Shown piece after piece: positions 40,174 to 53,079 of a DNA stretch of 64,000 nt. The translations under genes and the position numbers were made by a program. Below the pieces are notes generated by a model. That model saw only the letters and a list, made by a program, of their open reading frames with translations, ran no database searches and was not told the origin of the DNA. How positions within the stretch are numbered: the stretch's first letter is position 1; every line of letters starts with the position of its first letter. This DNA comes from Daphnia carinata (taxonomy: Eukaryota): positions 1,736,001 through 1,800,000 of the forward strand of contig NC_081334.1 of the NCBI RefSeq assembly GCF_022539665.2, given 5' to 3'.

Positions 40174-43100
40174 TCAAAGGCTGGACGCTAGCTGGCGGTA
40201 AAGCTCTGCTTCGCCGGAGGAACTTGATCTCAGTCGGACTACTCCCAAAAGCCGTGCCTGAATCGATTAAATAGCTCGTGTTTTGTTTTTTTTTAACTCT
40301 AAAAACAAAGCAAAAACGAAAACAAACGGTAACTGACCGCGTAATCGGCATCCCATTGGTTGTGTTTGCGGGCAAGGAGAAAGAGCTTGGCGGCGAGCTG
40401 CGTGAGACTCGGTTCGGCTTTGAGGTCAGCTGACTCAATTAGCAATGAGAACAAATCCAAACAAAGAGTAGCCTAAACAAAAGGAAACAAACCCCAACCC
40501 CAATCCCACCGAACAAGAAAAAATGGAAGAGAGACAAGAAAAATAAAAGGAAAAAAGAAATTAACATTGGATGGCAAAAGGCAATTAAGATAGGCAATAG
40601 GTCAAACCTGCTTTCCGTATTGGTTCTCATTGCCCAGTTGATTAAGATCGTTGAGAAGTTCTGTCAGCAGTTGGCTGCAGTAATCGGCTGCCTCCAGACG
40701 GAAATCTTCGTCCCCTAGATAGAGACGGTCGTTGGACTCCACTGCAATGTTTGTGATAACAAACAAAAAAAATGAATAAATCAATCGTAAAAAACAAAAC
40801 CAATTGTGCGGAAAAGTGTGACTAACCATCTGGAACATGATAGATGTAATCTGATTGGATGTAAGCGGAAAGCAAACGTATCGCTTGGATGTAGATGGTG
40901 GAGCGTAAACGGTGCAGCGCGTGGTTCATGGAAAACGTCCGCACGTTGCGTAATAATCGCCGTAAATGATGAAGACGGTTTTGATCGGGCGTGTCCTATC
41001 GAAAATTCAAAAATCTCAGTCCAGTATTATCGAGTGTTTGTGACCTGTAGGGACAATAAAAATACAAACTGGACGCACGGGTTGAACTAAAAGGCCGGAA
41101 AGAAGATTTGATAGATTGGACACGATCCATTGTTCTTCAAGTGGCGAAAATTCTGTCACCAAATTGATGGCTCCTTCAACACATGCATCCGCTTGTCCAA
41201 AGCATTCATTAGCCAAGGCTACCTGACTCGACAGCATATACAAACTGAATCGGATCATTGGGCACGAAATGGCTGGAATGGTGATGTAAGCAAAGGCACC
41301 GCAGGCACGGACGAAATGGCCGGTCCTCTCGTTGTGCTCCTGAATCAATTGGCGAGTCCGGCTACTTAAGCGATTGATCGCCTGCAATTATGCAAAAAAA
41401 AAAAAATGCAATCGTATTGTTTTATTGCAAATTCGATATTGAAGAAGATATACACACCTGAACTAGGTGGGCAAGCACAGGGTCGAGATTAGTGAATGCA
41501 GCTCGCGCATCGCCGTAAAAGGATAACATCTGCTGGAAGTCACGGCCAAAATCAACACGGTCAATAAGGGCGATGGCGATTTCGCTTATTTGTCGCTTTT
41601 CGTCCTCTACGCTGGTGGCGCTTTGGGCCCAAAAAGAAATAACTCATTCCATTAGCGAATAAGAAAAAGCCTTATTCGTTGATTGCCTACTTGAGTGTGT
41701 CATGGAGAATGCGGGCGATAGATAAAAGGTGGTCAACCATAAGTGGATGATTTAATGGTCGATCATGGTCTAGGAGGAATTGCTGAAGTAAAATTTTTGC
41801 CGCTTCTGCTCGTGAATGGCCTTCGGGGTAGATGTCCAATAGTCCCATCAACGAATCCTTGTGAAACATTGATTAGGTAAACAAGCAGTCCTTGAGCTCA
41901 TCCGTAACACCTACCGTCGCGAATAAACTTTGGTAGTCAACTTGTTCTGTCCGAACCAATGCATGGACGATACTGGTTAGATTTGCCACGTGGTGGGCTT
42001 GAGCCTTTGGCCGACAATGCTGGACTATATCGTTGATGATGCGGTGCATTTCCCTGACCTTTCAGAGGCAATAACAACACATGAGTGACGTAATGCTTTT
42101 TCCCATTCATTTCAAATACAATTTACTCGCCAATGCCGTAAAAGGTAAGGCATCCAAGCGTCAATACATTGCAAGTACGATTCGACGTCCTCTTTACGAC
42201 TTAGATAAGGCCAGATGACGTTGAGCATTTTCCCAGGGTTGGAATCGCACGAAGAAGCCAGATTCCGGCTGAGAACTTGGCCCATAAGAACCATCAACTG
42301 TTGACTAGGAACACCTATACGGAAAATGAAAGAATTCAAATTCACTGACATAAAAGGCGCCTTTGATATTGACATACCGGTTGAGGGTGTAGTTGTAATA
42401 TGAAGTGCTAGCTCCAAACACTTGGATAGGACGAAGTCCGACGGGAACTGACTGAGAAGGGATAGCCAAAGTAATCCTCTGTAACGGAAAAGAATAATCA
42501 AATGAACAAAAAACCCATGTTTTATGAAATCAATATCGAAAATGATGGGATTTTACGGTTCGGCTTGGTTGAAACTCTGCCGCCAGATAGAATCCAATTC
42601 GTTGTATTGGCCGGTATGAGCTAAAGTCTGGAAGATCCAGTCATACGCGGGCGAATAGAGCGACAAATAATCTGCCAAATCCGTTCGGAAGATGGTCAAT
42701 TCTGAACGGATGCTATTGCTATACAACTTTTAAGAAAATGTCGTCATTAAAACAGATAGTTTAGTGGTTGTGAGACATTTATGCGACAATTAAAATTACC
42801 TGGTTGTACGAAAGATAGAGGTCACGAACATTCTCGACAACAAACGAACGATCTTGAAGACGTATTTCTCGCCCAACACGCATTAAATAAGCGCGTGCAT
42901 AGGCAGCAACTAATGGGTTGCCCACACCACGAATGGTTCTCGATAATCGGATTAAAGTCGCAGAAAAATCCCTAAACCAATAAAACATTTACGTCTCTAT
43001 TTTAAAAGGAACACTAAGCTGCATAGTTTCAATGTCATCTCACGTGTTTTCGAGGAATGAATAGCTCTCCAGCACGGCCATTTCGACATAAATGCGCGGT

Positions 43101-44167
43101 AACAGTTCCCTAACTGATGCAATTTTGTACATCCAATTGCGACAAGTCTCACGTGCCGACTCAGAGACATGCTCAGGTTTAAAATATTTGGGAAGCTGGT
43201 GATCTACAAGCCTGTAATTGGATTATAAGATTCGTATTTGAAGCAAGTTTCATGGAATGTAATGCATTTTCACCTAATTTCGCCCTTTTCGGCAATCCGT
43301 TCAAACACCATCCGGCCAAATTTATCCAATATGTCGGTAATGAGAGCAAATTTGCTTGGATAGAATGCAAAGGGGTGGGTTTCGAGCAGTAATTTGGAAC
43401 ACTACGAAAGAGGTACAAGCATTTACAAAACTTTTTGCATGTTTATCAGTCAATACTGACATACTTGGATGACAATTTTCAAAGCCTTGACTCTTTGATC
43501 TAAAGCCCAGGCTTGATGAAGTTCTTGACTTATTTGTGTGATTCGAGTGACATAATCATCCCTGGAAAGGCCTTTATGCTCGCTCACATGTTCTTCAAAT
43601 TCATCCAGCTGTTGAAGTCTGTGCTTCAGTTTGTCGTTGATCTGCTGTTTGACCACCACTAAAAGACATTTTTTGTTTGATTTTGTTGATAGCAAACTTT
43701 GCACTGGTTTACATACATTTTTCTCCTCCTTGAAGGAAACTTGATTTGATGGATAGTTTCTCTGACGTCGTAAATTTGCTGAGTATGGTAGTCCTATGTT
43801 TGAGCCATTCCTGCGCTGCAGCACCTTTCTGGTTCACGTTCGTGACAGGAATATCAGGGCCTTCCACTTCGTCTTTGGATACAAACTGACTGAGCGGGTC
43901 ACTGCCCTCAAGGGCTTGGCTGAGGGGATCTGAGTAGGCGGAAGAAATTTTCTTCCGTGGAACAATTGATTTGGCCTTTGCATTGGTTTCTCTAGAAATT
44001 GCACTCTGCAGTGGGTGCGGCAAATTGTCATTCGGTGTCCTTAAGCTTCGATATGCAACTTCTTCCTCGCTGTAGTTTCGGCGCTTGGCAATCCTAAGAA
44101 CAAAGTATTATTGGCGCGCTTCAATCTTTGGCGATTCACAGAAAACATACCATTTGTAGGAAACCAT
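40174..44167 (-). CDS. VPS35L: VPS35 endosomal protein sorting factor-like (C16orf62; Retriever/Commander subunit), multi-exon
   Basis: Motifs include [115 protein letters not shown] and [11 protein letters not shown]. The protein ends ...LASSL*. Confidence 0.93.
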
Positions 44168-44673
44168 GGTTATTATACAGTTGACAGGAAAATAGGCTTG
44201 TCCTGTTGCCGTTCAAGCCAAGTTTAAGCAGAGACATGCAAGTCGAGGAAAACTTGCGAGGAACTGACAAGATAGCAGACGACATGAAATTGTTGATAGA
44301 ACTCCCCCGAACGCACGAGTGCGTTCTTAAAAGCTTCAGAGGAAAAGTTTACGCCCGGTTGGGCTTTGCCGCTTTGGGCTCTTTTGCTAGTCAGAAAAAA
44401 CTGCAGTATAGAAATGTTTCAAAAGTTTATTTCCTTTCGCAACAAACAAAATGTAAACGAGAAAACGACTATAATGTATCATGTAAAACGAAGTTATACC
44501 AGTAGGACACACAAACGGAGCAATAAAGATTCATTCCAACGTTTATATGTATCGTATATTATGTGTATACGTATCTATACGCGAAAGTGTCGGTATGGAT
44601 GCCTGCGAAGGATGAATAACGTGGGCGTTTCAGCTAGCTATTAAACTTGGCCACGATTGCCCAAGGAATGATT

Positions 44674-47600
44674 TCATTCGTCATCGCTAGACGAAAATAA
44701 ATATTCATCAGAATCAAAATCGTCGCCAGAATCTTCGTCTGAATCTTCTTCAGACCAATGCGACAAAAGTTCACAATGGTCCTGCAGCGAGGACCAGTTT
44801 TTGAAGCTCTTGCAGCAGACAGTGCACCTAAGGGGAAAGAATTGTCACATGATTTCAAAGGAAAAAAAAAAGAGAAAATGCAAATATCGCAGTGACAGAA
44901 TCCCATTCGTCATCGTGCATGCCCAATCTTTTTTTACTATTGTGCTCAGCAAATGGCTTTTCTCGGTAAACTGGGCAGGGAGGATGCATGTCCTGTCAAT
45001 AGTCCACGCTATTTCAGAATGTAAATAGAAAGTGCTATAAAAAGGGATGATAAAGGAGGGTAGAGATTGTGGATCTCGAGAATTCTTACGGCTGTAGTTT
45101 CACGTCCTATCTGATCTATATCAGAAAAGTGACCTCGAGTATGTCAGAACAATGGGGAATGCAAACGCTATCAAGAAGACATACAGGAAATATTGTTTTA
45201 CTATTTAGACAGATGTATACCGAGAATGGAGAATGATAATACATTTATTAATCATAGCAACCATTAGTCCATTCTGTCTCTGTGGACACCGCAGATAAAA
45301 TCGTTAGCTGGCAATAATGAGCCATCTAGCGAGCTTTTTCTCATTACGGTGTGACGCAGAAAGACTTCCTTGCTCACGGGTTCGGTTAAAAAGTTGAGAG
45401 ACGACAAGTTAAATGAATCGAAGCGAATGACAGTAAAAGGAACGAAAATGAAGGGGTTGCGTTGCTAACAGGAAGGAAGCATGCCAAAAAAGTAGTTAAT
45501 TGGTCGTGTTCGATGTGCACGTTGATGTTCCATCCCGCCCACGTCATCGTGAACAGCTGGCGGGGAAACAGGAGCGAAAGAGAAAGATCATGCAAGGGAG
45601 GAAACTGTCATAGAAACAAGCGAAGAACCCGATACCTCGAATAGAAAACATTCATTTTGAAAAAAAAGAGGGGGGGACATTAGAATGAAATGAGAAAAAG
45701 GAGAATCGCAAGCTCCCAGGATGATGATTCGATAGAGAACACTGCTTCGAAGTGGGGTACGCATAAAAAAAAAAAAGAAACGTTTTTATCTATTCTGTTT
45801 TGATATATTATTACAGCGAGAATATTTCCCCTGGAGAACATGAATTCATGCAAGTGAAATTCGTTAGATCAAGAGTTGCGAAGCGAACGTAACGGTCGAG
45901 AGCATTGGCCCTCGCAGTCGTTACTCACACTATAAAATCTAGGACATAAAGATAGTGGCTGCGAAATTGACGTCTAAAGAAAAGAACGCAAAGAAGATGT
46001 ACAACAATCATCTGCTTAGCAGAGGTGTATCACGTTTCGTCTACGCCATTTCTAGATGCAACTTTTACGATGTTTCAGGAGGCTTAGCAGACTCCTGCAA
46101 TGCCCTTTACTTAATGGATCGCCATTTTTTTCGCAAGTGGCCCGTAGCACCAGGTGATAATAACTAGTAATTATAATCTAAAATAATGAAATCATTTTTA
46201 ATATTACCCAAAGTGATTGGCACGTTCACGGTGTCTCTGCAAGAGGCGGTGAGTCGAGAAGACAGACTGACACACGACACAGGTGAACTGGCCATCTAGT
46301 GACAATTAAAACAAATACATAATCAAAAAGAAAAAAATAAACTATCGAACGACGAACGATTGGTTTATTTCACACACCTGGTTCGTGCTCGCGACGGACG
46401 TCGACCGATTCACATCCGTCGACATCCGGCGCGGATGATGAAGGGCATCCATTCAGCAGCGTTTCTCTTTCTCGGCGATTGTCTTCCTCCGTTAGCGAGG
46501 TCTCCTCCATGAGCTTCTGAACAATTTGGCGATGCCTACGGCGAAATGGATGCTGGATACCCGGAGGCTGACGTCGTCTGCAGGATGCCATCCACGTCGC
46601 ACTGCCTCCGGTGGAAGGAGTGACGTTGCTGGCGCTATTGTTGCCTCCGTGAAAGAAGCGGGACCACCAAGACTTGTCCCCTGCAGCTGCTGGAACGGAT
46701 CCAGCGGAAAGAAAAATAATTTAAAACAAAATAAAATCAGCTGATCAATAATAAAAATAAAGCAGAGATGAAAAACCTTTTTTTTTTTTTAGAAAACCAA
46801 AAAATAGAAACACAAATCCAGTAGAGCGCATAAACAAACAGATCTATACAATATGCACACACCTCGGCTTATACTGTAAGTAAAGAAAAAAAAGCAAATC
46901 ATATGAAAGATGTAGAACTAAAAATGCGAGTTAAGTTATAGATGAAGCTGAACCGTCGACGTCCTATGTTTGCCATTTTTATTATTTTTTCGTTTTGTTT
47001 TGGTTTGCTTGTATATTACAGTTTATGAAACAGCGTTTCTCCTACAGCTGCTCGAACTGCTCTTTGCCTTGATACAAAAAAAAAAATAAATAAAGAAAAA
47101 AAAAATGGGGAAAGGGGGGGGGTAGAGTGGAGGGAAAGCAAATACTTGGGTAAGGCCTCGTTATCATTCCGGCTGCACGCGCCAATTCAATTAACTTGTT
47201 GTTTATATGAAGGAGCAAAGGGGCGAAGCAGATTCACGAGTGGCCCGAACATAACTCGATGAGAAGCTTCTGTCTTTTAGACATCCCCTGATGTTGGCGC
47301 TACATACGTACACAATAAGACCGTAGCGCTGAAGAGAAAGGGAAAAAGACCGGAACAAACATCGGATTCATTTCCTGCCTAGACGCTGTCACCCGTTTCC
47401 CCTTCCCCCTCCCCCCCATTTTTTTTTTCTTCTTCTTCTCCAGATTCTAATAATAATAAAACAAAATATATCTAAAAACCAGCTAACGTCTTGTGTAACA
47501 GAAATGACACAATACGGCACTACCGGTTTCCGACAGTTTGATAAGCACAAACAAATAGAAAGGAAAGGGGCGAACTCACTACAGCGAAAAAAACTAATAA

Positions 47601-50600
47601 TAAATTCGCAAAAAAAAAAAATATATAAATAAATATAAATAAAAAATGAGCAATGCTTAAATCTGAATTTTGCGGCCGGACGCACTTGCCATAAAGGACA
47701 TTTAAAGAGAAAGTCGCAAGCGAATGCGCGCTCATTCCGGTCGAATAAAAAATGAGCTTGCTCTTCTTCTTCTTTCTTTTTCTCTTATGTTTAATCTGTA
47801 TAAATATTGCATATAAAAACAGCGTGCGTATATCCATCACAAGAGGCACACACACACACACAAAAATAAATAAGGCCATTAAGCGCGTGCCCGGAGCTGC
47901 CCGCAAAACACGACGGCTAAAAGAGGGGACGGTGCGGCATAGCGTTCGAACTGGCTGAAACGATCCTATATACAATATGTGTACGTAAAAGCTTTGCCTT
48001 CGTATAGCTATACGTCGCACATATAGAGTCAATCTAGCATTCCGTAAATAAGGGCTAGACCTCAGTAAATATACCATAGACTCTACACGTACATATAAGC
48101 TGTGCGTTCAAAGAATGGGGACGGATTGTGTGTGTGTGTATATATATATATATGGATCCATAATGGAAGAGGCCGATGATCCGCCCTGAAGTAGCTGACA
48201 TTTTGCGGGACTATAGTCCCTCTCTCTCCCTTTCCTACATATCGTATTCAACGGTGTTCGAAAAAGAAAAACCCGACATTTTGTTTATTTTTAATCCGGC
48301 CACTATAGTCCCTCTCTCTCAATGCGGTCCCCCCCCCCTTTCCCGTACATAATATTACGTATTCAACGGTGATATCGAAAAAGAAACAACCTTTTCAAAA
48401 ATGATATACAGGGAGATCGAATCCGGTCTGTTTTATTTTTAATCCGGATGCTGCCATCCAGCGTGTAAAATTATATATAACGTCCTCGATGGCATTTAAT
48501 TTTTGCAACATATAAACAAAAAAAGCATGCATTTTTTTTGTTTGTTTCCCCCCCCAGACGGTTTGCCGACATCCGTAGATAATATTAAAAAAAACGAAAA
48601 TTTGAGAAGTCTGGAGAAAGGCACACATTGTCTGAATCGTAACCTTGAAAGTCTGGAAAAGGCCCAACCTATGTTTTTTTCAATAAGACGTATAGATATC
48701 CGCTCTAAGATAGAGACAATATTATTTTCACAAATGATTAAACAGAAAATTTTTAAGAAGACTATTATTTAAGTTAAGAAAACTGGCGAACGAAATAAGA
48801 TTTAGGGGGAAGGGGATAGATTTGAACTTAAATTGTTGAGTGACTCTTTTAATCGTTTATTCATGGAGCACGCCGCAATAATATTGTCTGCATTCTAAAA
48901 TCGCCTTTAGGATGACAAAGGAAAATTTTGAAAAAAAAGTGAGGTTGGGAAAAGGTTACGATTCAGACAATGTGTGCCTTTCTCCAGACTTCTCAAATTT
49001 TCGTTTTTTTTTATTTTGCTCGAAGCAAAATTACAAAAAAACATCGGAAATCGGCAAACCGTCTGGAATTTTGCCGTCAAAACAAACAAACAAAAAAAAC
49101 GCATGCTTTTTTTGTTTATATGTTGCAAAAATTAAATGCCATCTAGGAGATTTTCAGTAGGATACTGTACATAACCTATTGGCGAACGACTAACGGGCTA
49201 AAGTACGTAACGTGACCAGCCCTTCCCATCTATCAAGTATTTACTTGCCATATTTTCTTCGAATTTTCGCGAGATCATGTCCCAGCACGTCTCCCCCCCC
49301 CCTTCTTTTTGATTGGTCCTCAAACAAATCGAAAACCAATTGAAAATGTACTGGCGCGTTCTTGATCAAGTATTCAACTTCGGGGCGTATCACGTCCAAG
49401 TCGAATTTTCCAAACACAATGAATCAAAACAAATCAAATTGAAATACGAAAATGCAAGAAAGACGACGGCCATGATGCGGGGCGCCGTTGACGCACAATT
49501 ATCGATCGGATCACATCATTAGTTGATGTGTGTTACGTGTTACGGTGTGTGTGTACGTGTGTATCGCTTTGGCGTAAATCAGTCCCCAAAAACGAAATGC
49601 AGCTTGGCCAAACTTACCATGACTACCGTTCGCCGTTGCATCCGTCGGCCGACGGAAAGGCGGAGTCGAAGCATCAGACGAGGCCGCCGTGGATGCAGCG
49701 TCGCTCATGATGTCGTAGACGCGGAAGGTGCCCATCTGCGAGTTGCCAGCCGTTGCGTTGGCACCGTCGGCGGCCGCATTGGGGCCCACAAGTGCGTCGT
49801 CATCGTCGTCATGGCTACCGACGCGACGATGATGAGCTTGGCTCGTTCCGCCCGTCGGCTGGTTGCTCCGTCGACGGTTGTTGCTCCTGTTGGCTTCGTC
49901 CGAAGGCGACAGCGATTTCCTCACGCATTCCGGCAGCTGCGCACAATCGTGACGAGTGAATGAATATCAAAACGAAATAATAAAAAAAAATAAAATAATC
50001 ACATTATTTGATAAGATTGCGGATGTGTTGCGAAAAAAAGAAAGGCGGGCAAATGATGAACGACTGCGGATGTGTTAGACGTCGTGCGGATGAAAAGAGA
50101 ACTGAACGCTGAAAAGACGCGCTACCTCTATCCATTTATTCTTTTGCAATTTCAAATTTAAATTTAAGAAAAATTGTTTTTTATCCGCTTGAATAATACG
50201 ACCGTTTTTGCCCGCCGCGTGTGTCACGCCGTATTTTGTTTTTGGAAGCCGGCCCAAAAGCCGCAAGCTCGAACAGACATCCTTTACCTTACATAATAAA
50301 TGCTGTCATACAAAAAAAAAAAAAAAAAAAAAAATAGAATGTCTACATCAAACAAAACAGAAACTCGTGTGTGTGTGTACGGTGTGCCATAAGAAGATGC
50401 ACCACCCCGAGATCAATGCACGTTCACGCCTGATCGCGTTTCCTCCCCGTTTTCGCTTCACTTAACTTGCTATCAAGCTGGTGGCAGCACACATTCGATC
50501 GACTCTCCAACCCCCCTTCCCTCTCCATTTCTTATATTTTTCGCACGCTTTATTTGTAAGGCTATTTAACATTTACGCTGACGATGAAGTACTAGCCCCC

Positions 50601-53079
50601 TCTCTAGATTGTAGAGAAGGAGCAGGTTAACGCCGTATAATGTGGGGGGAAATGCGCGTAGATGCAGAGAGACATTCACGGGTTACATCTGTTTGTACAC
50701 AACGGGATGTGGATATGGGCGAGGCCTTTGCTGTATGATGCAGAGCGCCCCAGATGAGTCGGCGTGGGCATTCATCCAAACAAGTCAAGTAAAAAAAAAA
50801 AAAAAAAAAAAAAATGCTATTGTTTCTTCTAAGCTCGCAGAATAATTCTTCGTCTACAAGAGCCCATTGAATCCAATTGGATGGTCACGTCTATTCGGTG
50901 TATCTATACGTCATACCCCAATCCCCAACTGACACACACACACACGAGGAAGAAAAAGATAAATAAAAATACTTATATGTAAAAATAGTAAAGAGTAAGT
51001 GAGGTACAAGCGCGAGCTAAATGGCTACACATTGAATAAGAAGAGCGAAAAATTTTCTTTTAGCGAATGTGTTTTAAACTTGCAGGGCTAATAGCTGTTG
51101 GTGTTGTATGTAAGTAAAGAAAGGAAATAGAAACGAGATCCGCACTGGCGGATATCTCCTTGTTAATGGTTGGCCTCCTGTCATTTAACTCTCGCTGAAA
51201 AGTTAGTCCTCCCCCCACTTCTCCCTACTGATGTGCCGTTCTCCTCTGGCCGCACGTTTTGGGACAAGAGACTCGAGTGGATGAGTCTTTCAACATGTCA
51301 GAAAGAAGGTTTGCCTCTCTCTGTATTACCCAGTGCAGTTCTTCTCTTGTTTTGTTTTGTTTTTGTTTTTTTTTTCGTCTGAATTCTGAATCCATTCGTT
51401 CTCTGCGGGATGTTGTTTTCTTCTTCTCTTTTCTCTGTTTTTCGATATCGATGGCCAAAACTTTCGGTCTCTTTTTCTCCTTCATTCTACCGAGTTCTCT
51501 TTGTTGGTTGTTCGGACCGAAACGATCGATGATACGAATCCCGTGAGCTATATACCCTCCCCCCCCCCCCCCCGCTCGCCAGGTTCTATAGAAAACACGG
51601 GTAAAGGTCTATACTCTTGTACAACGTCAGTGCCTCTTTTTCTTTTCATCTGCGTTTCTTGTTTTAACTGTCCAAAAGAATCAAACAAACATTTTTTTTT
51701 TTTTATTGATGAAATGTTTTTTTTTTTTTTTTTTTTAATCGTCACATTCGACATAAAACATCGTTGGTTTCTTCAGGAACATGCCTTTGTTAAGGTGTGA
51801 CGAGATAACTGCCACACCCTAATCGTAAGTGTCCCACTCATCTCCATTGAGCAGAATGAATAGCCCCGCTCTATTTATTACCTTTAAAAAAATAGAAAAA
51901 AAAAAACATAAATCAAAGAAAAAAAAAGGTGAAACAGATTGTAATTGCCGCCAACAAGAAGATCGATCTGATCGTGTGTATAACGAAAACGAACTTGTGT
52001 GTGTGTGACGCTCGATCGTCCAAGGGTCGCATCCACTTCTCTTGTAATAAATAATCAGAACAAAAAAAAAAAACAAAAAATACTAAATCTTTCTCGCTGA
52101 TTACTAGCACAGCGTTCCACTCGTAATGAGGTTACGACACATTAGGACCGTGAACGATGACATGTCCTGTCATCCTACTACACACACGCACAATGATTTT
52201 TCCTTCTTCGACGATCGGGCAAAAGACGACCTTGTTATTTTCGTTCCCCATCTTTAAGTAACGCATTGAATGTGTTTTTTTTTTTTTTTTTTGGGGGGGG
52301 GGGGGGTATATCGTCGTGTCTATTCCACACACATGCAAAAAAAAAAAAAAAAAATGATGAATAGAAGTCGCATAGAAAAAGCAACAAAAATCACTGTCAA
52401 CGTTCGTTCGTTTACACAGATGGCCCTGTCCGATGCGACATCGAACGTGCCCGGGCAGGTCCCGATCTCTCCCAATGCGGAACGAGTTTGAATGCTTGAA
52501 TAAACACGTAGAATATCTATATACATTACATAGATAGATACGTGGCTTCCAGAGCAAATCGAATGATCTACCCAACCGTAGCAGAGACTCCCCCCTTCCC
52601 CCCTCGCTTTAACAAAAAAAAAATATCTATATACGTATAAAATAGGACGTGATTGTTGAAGCAAATGTTTTTACCTTGTGGAGAGGGACGACGTCGACGG
52701 GCATCAGTTGAGCCGTACCGCACATCTGCAACTGTTGGTAAATCTGCAAGCAAGTCTGATTGAGCGCGTACCACGCGTCGTCGATCTGGACTAATTGCAA
52801 TTTCGGATAGACGTAACTCTGCTGTCGCTGGTGCTGGAGCTGCAGCTGAAGTTGAATCTGATGAACGGAACGATTGCTTCCGGCGCGGCTTTTCTTCTCG
52901 CGGGCCGACGCCACCGCCTCCGGCTCTCCATCCGTGTTATTGGCCTCTTCTTCCAATTGTTGTTGGTGATTATAGCGATGATTGTGCGCGTGATGGCAAT
53001 GAGGCCGGCGTCCACTTGACGATAAGTCGTCCGACGACGATGAATCCCACGACGACGTTGCCAAAGCCGTCGCTAACAT
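44674..53079 (-). CDS. Uncharacterised protein with twin C-terminal C2H2 zinc fingers and an acidic tail (5 coding exons, long introns)
   Basis: Phase-compatible exons lie at approximately 53079-52676, 49936-49617, 46681-46378, 46295-46208 and 44827-44674. The fingers read FTCVVCQSVFSTHRLLQRHRERANHFG|CTVCCKSFKNWSSLQDHCELLSHW, followed by SEEDSDEDSGDDFDSDE. An acceptor at ~53107 implies a further upstream exon. Confidence 0.8.
48210..48447. repeat. Imperfect local direct duplication (two copies)
   Basis: ctatagtccctctctctc...cgtattcaacggtg...cgaaaaagaaa...tttatttttaatccgg occurs at 48210-48299 and again, with insertions, at 48302-48447. Confidence 0.85.
48483..49148. mobile_element. Foldback/MITE-like element with ~200 bp imperfect inverted arms (intronic)
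   Basis: 48483-48683 is the reverse complement of 48927-49148 (e.g. gatggcatttaatttttgcaacatataaacaaaaaaagcatgc and aaaacgaaaatttgagaagtctggagaaaggcacacattgtctgaatcgtaacctt). The spacer is ~240 bp, and there is no transposase or clear TSD. Confidence 0.7.
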
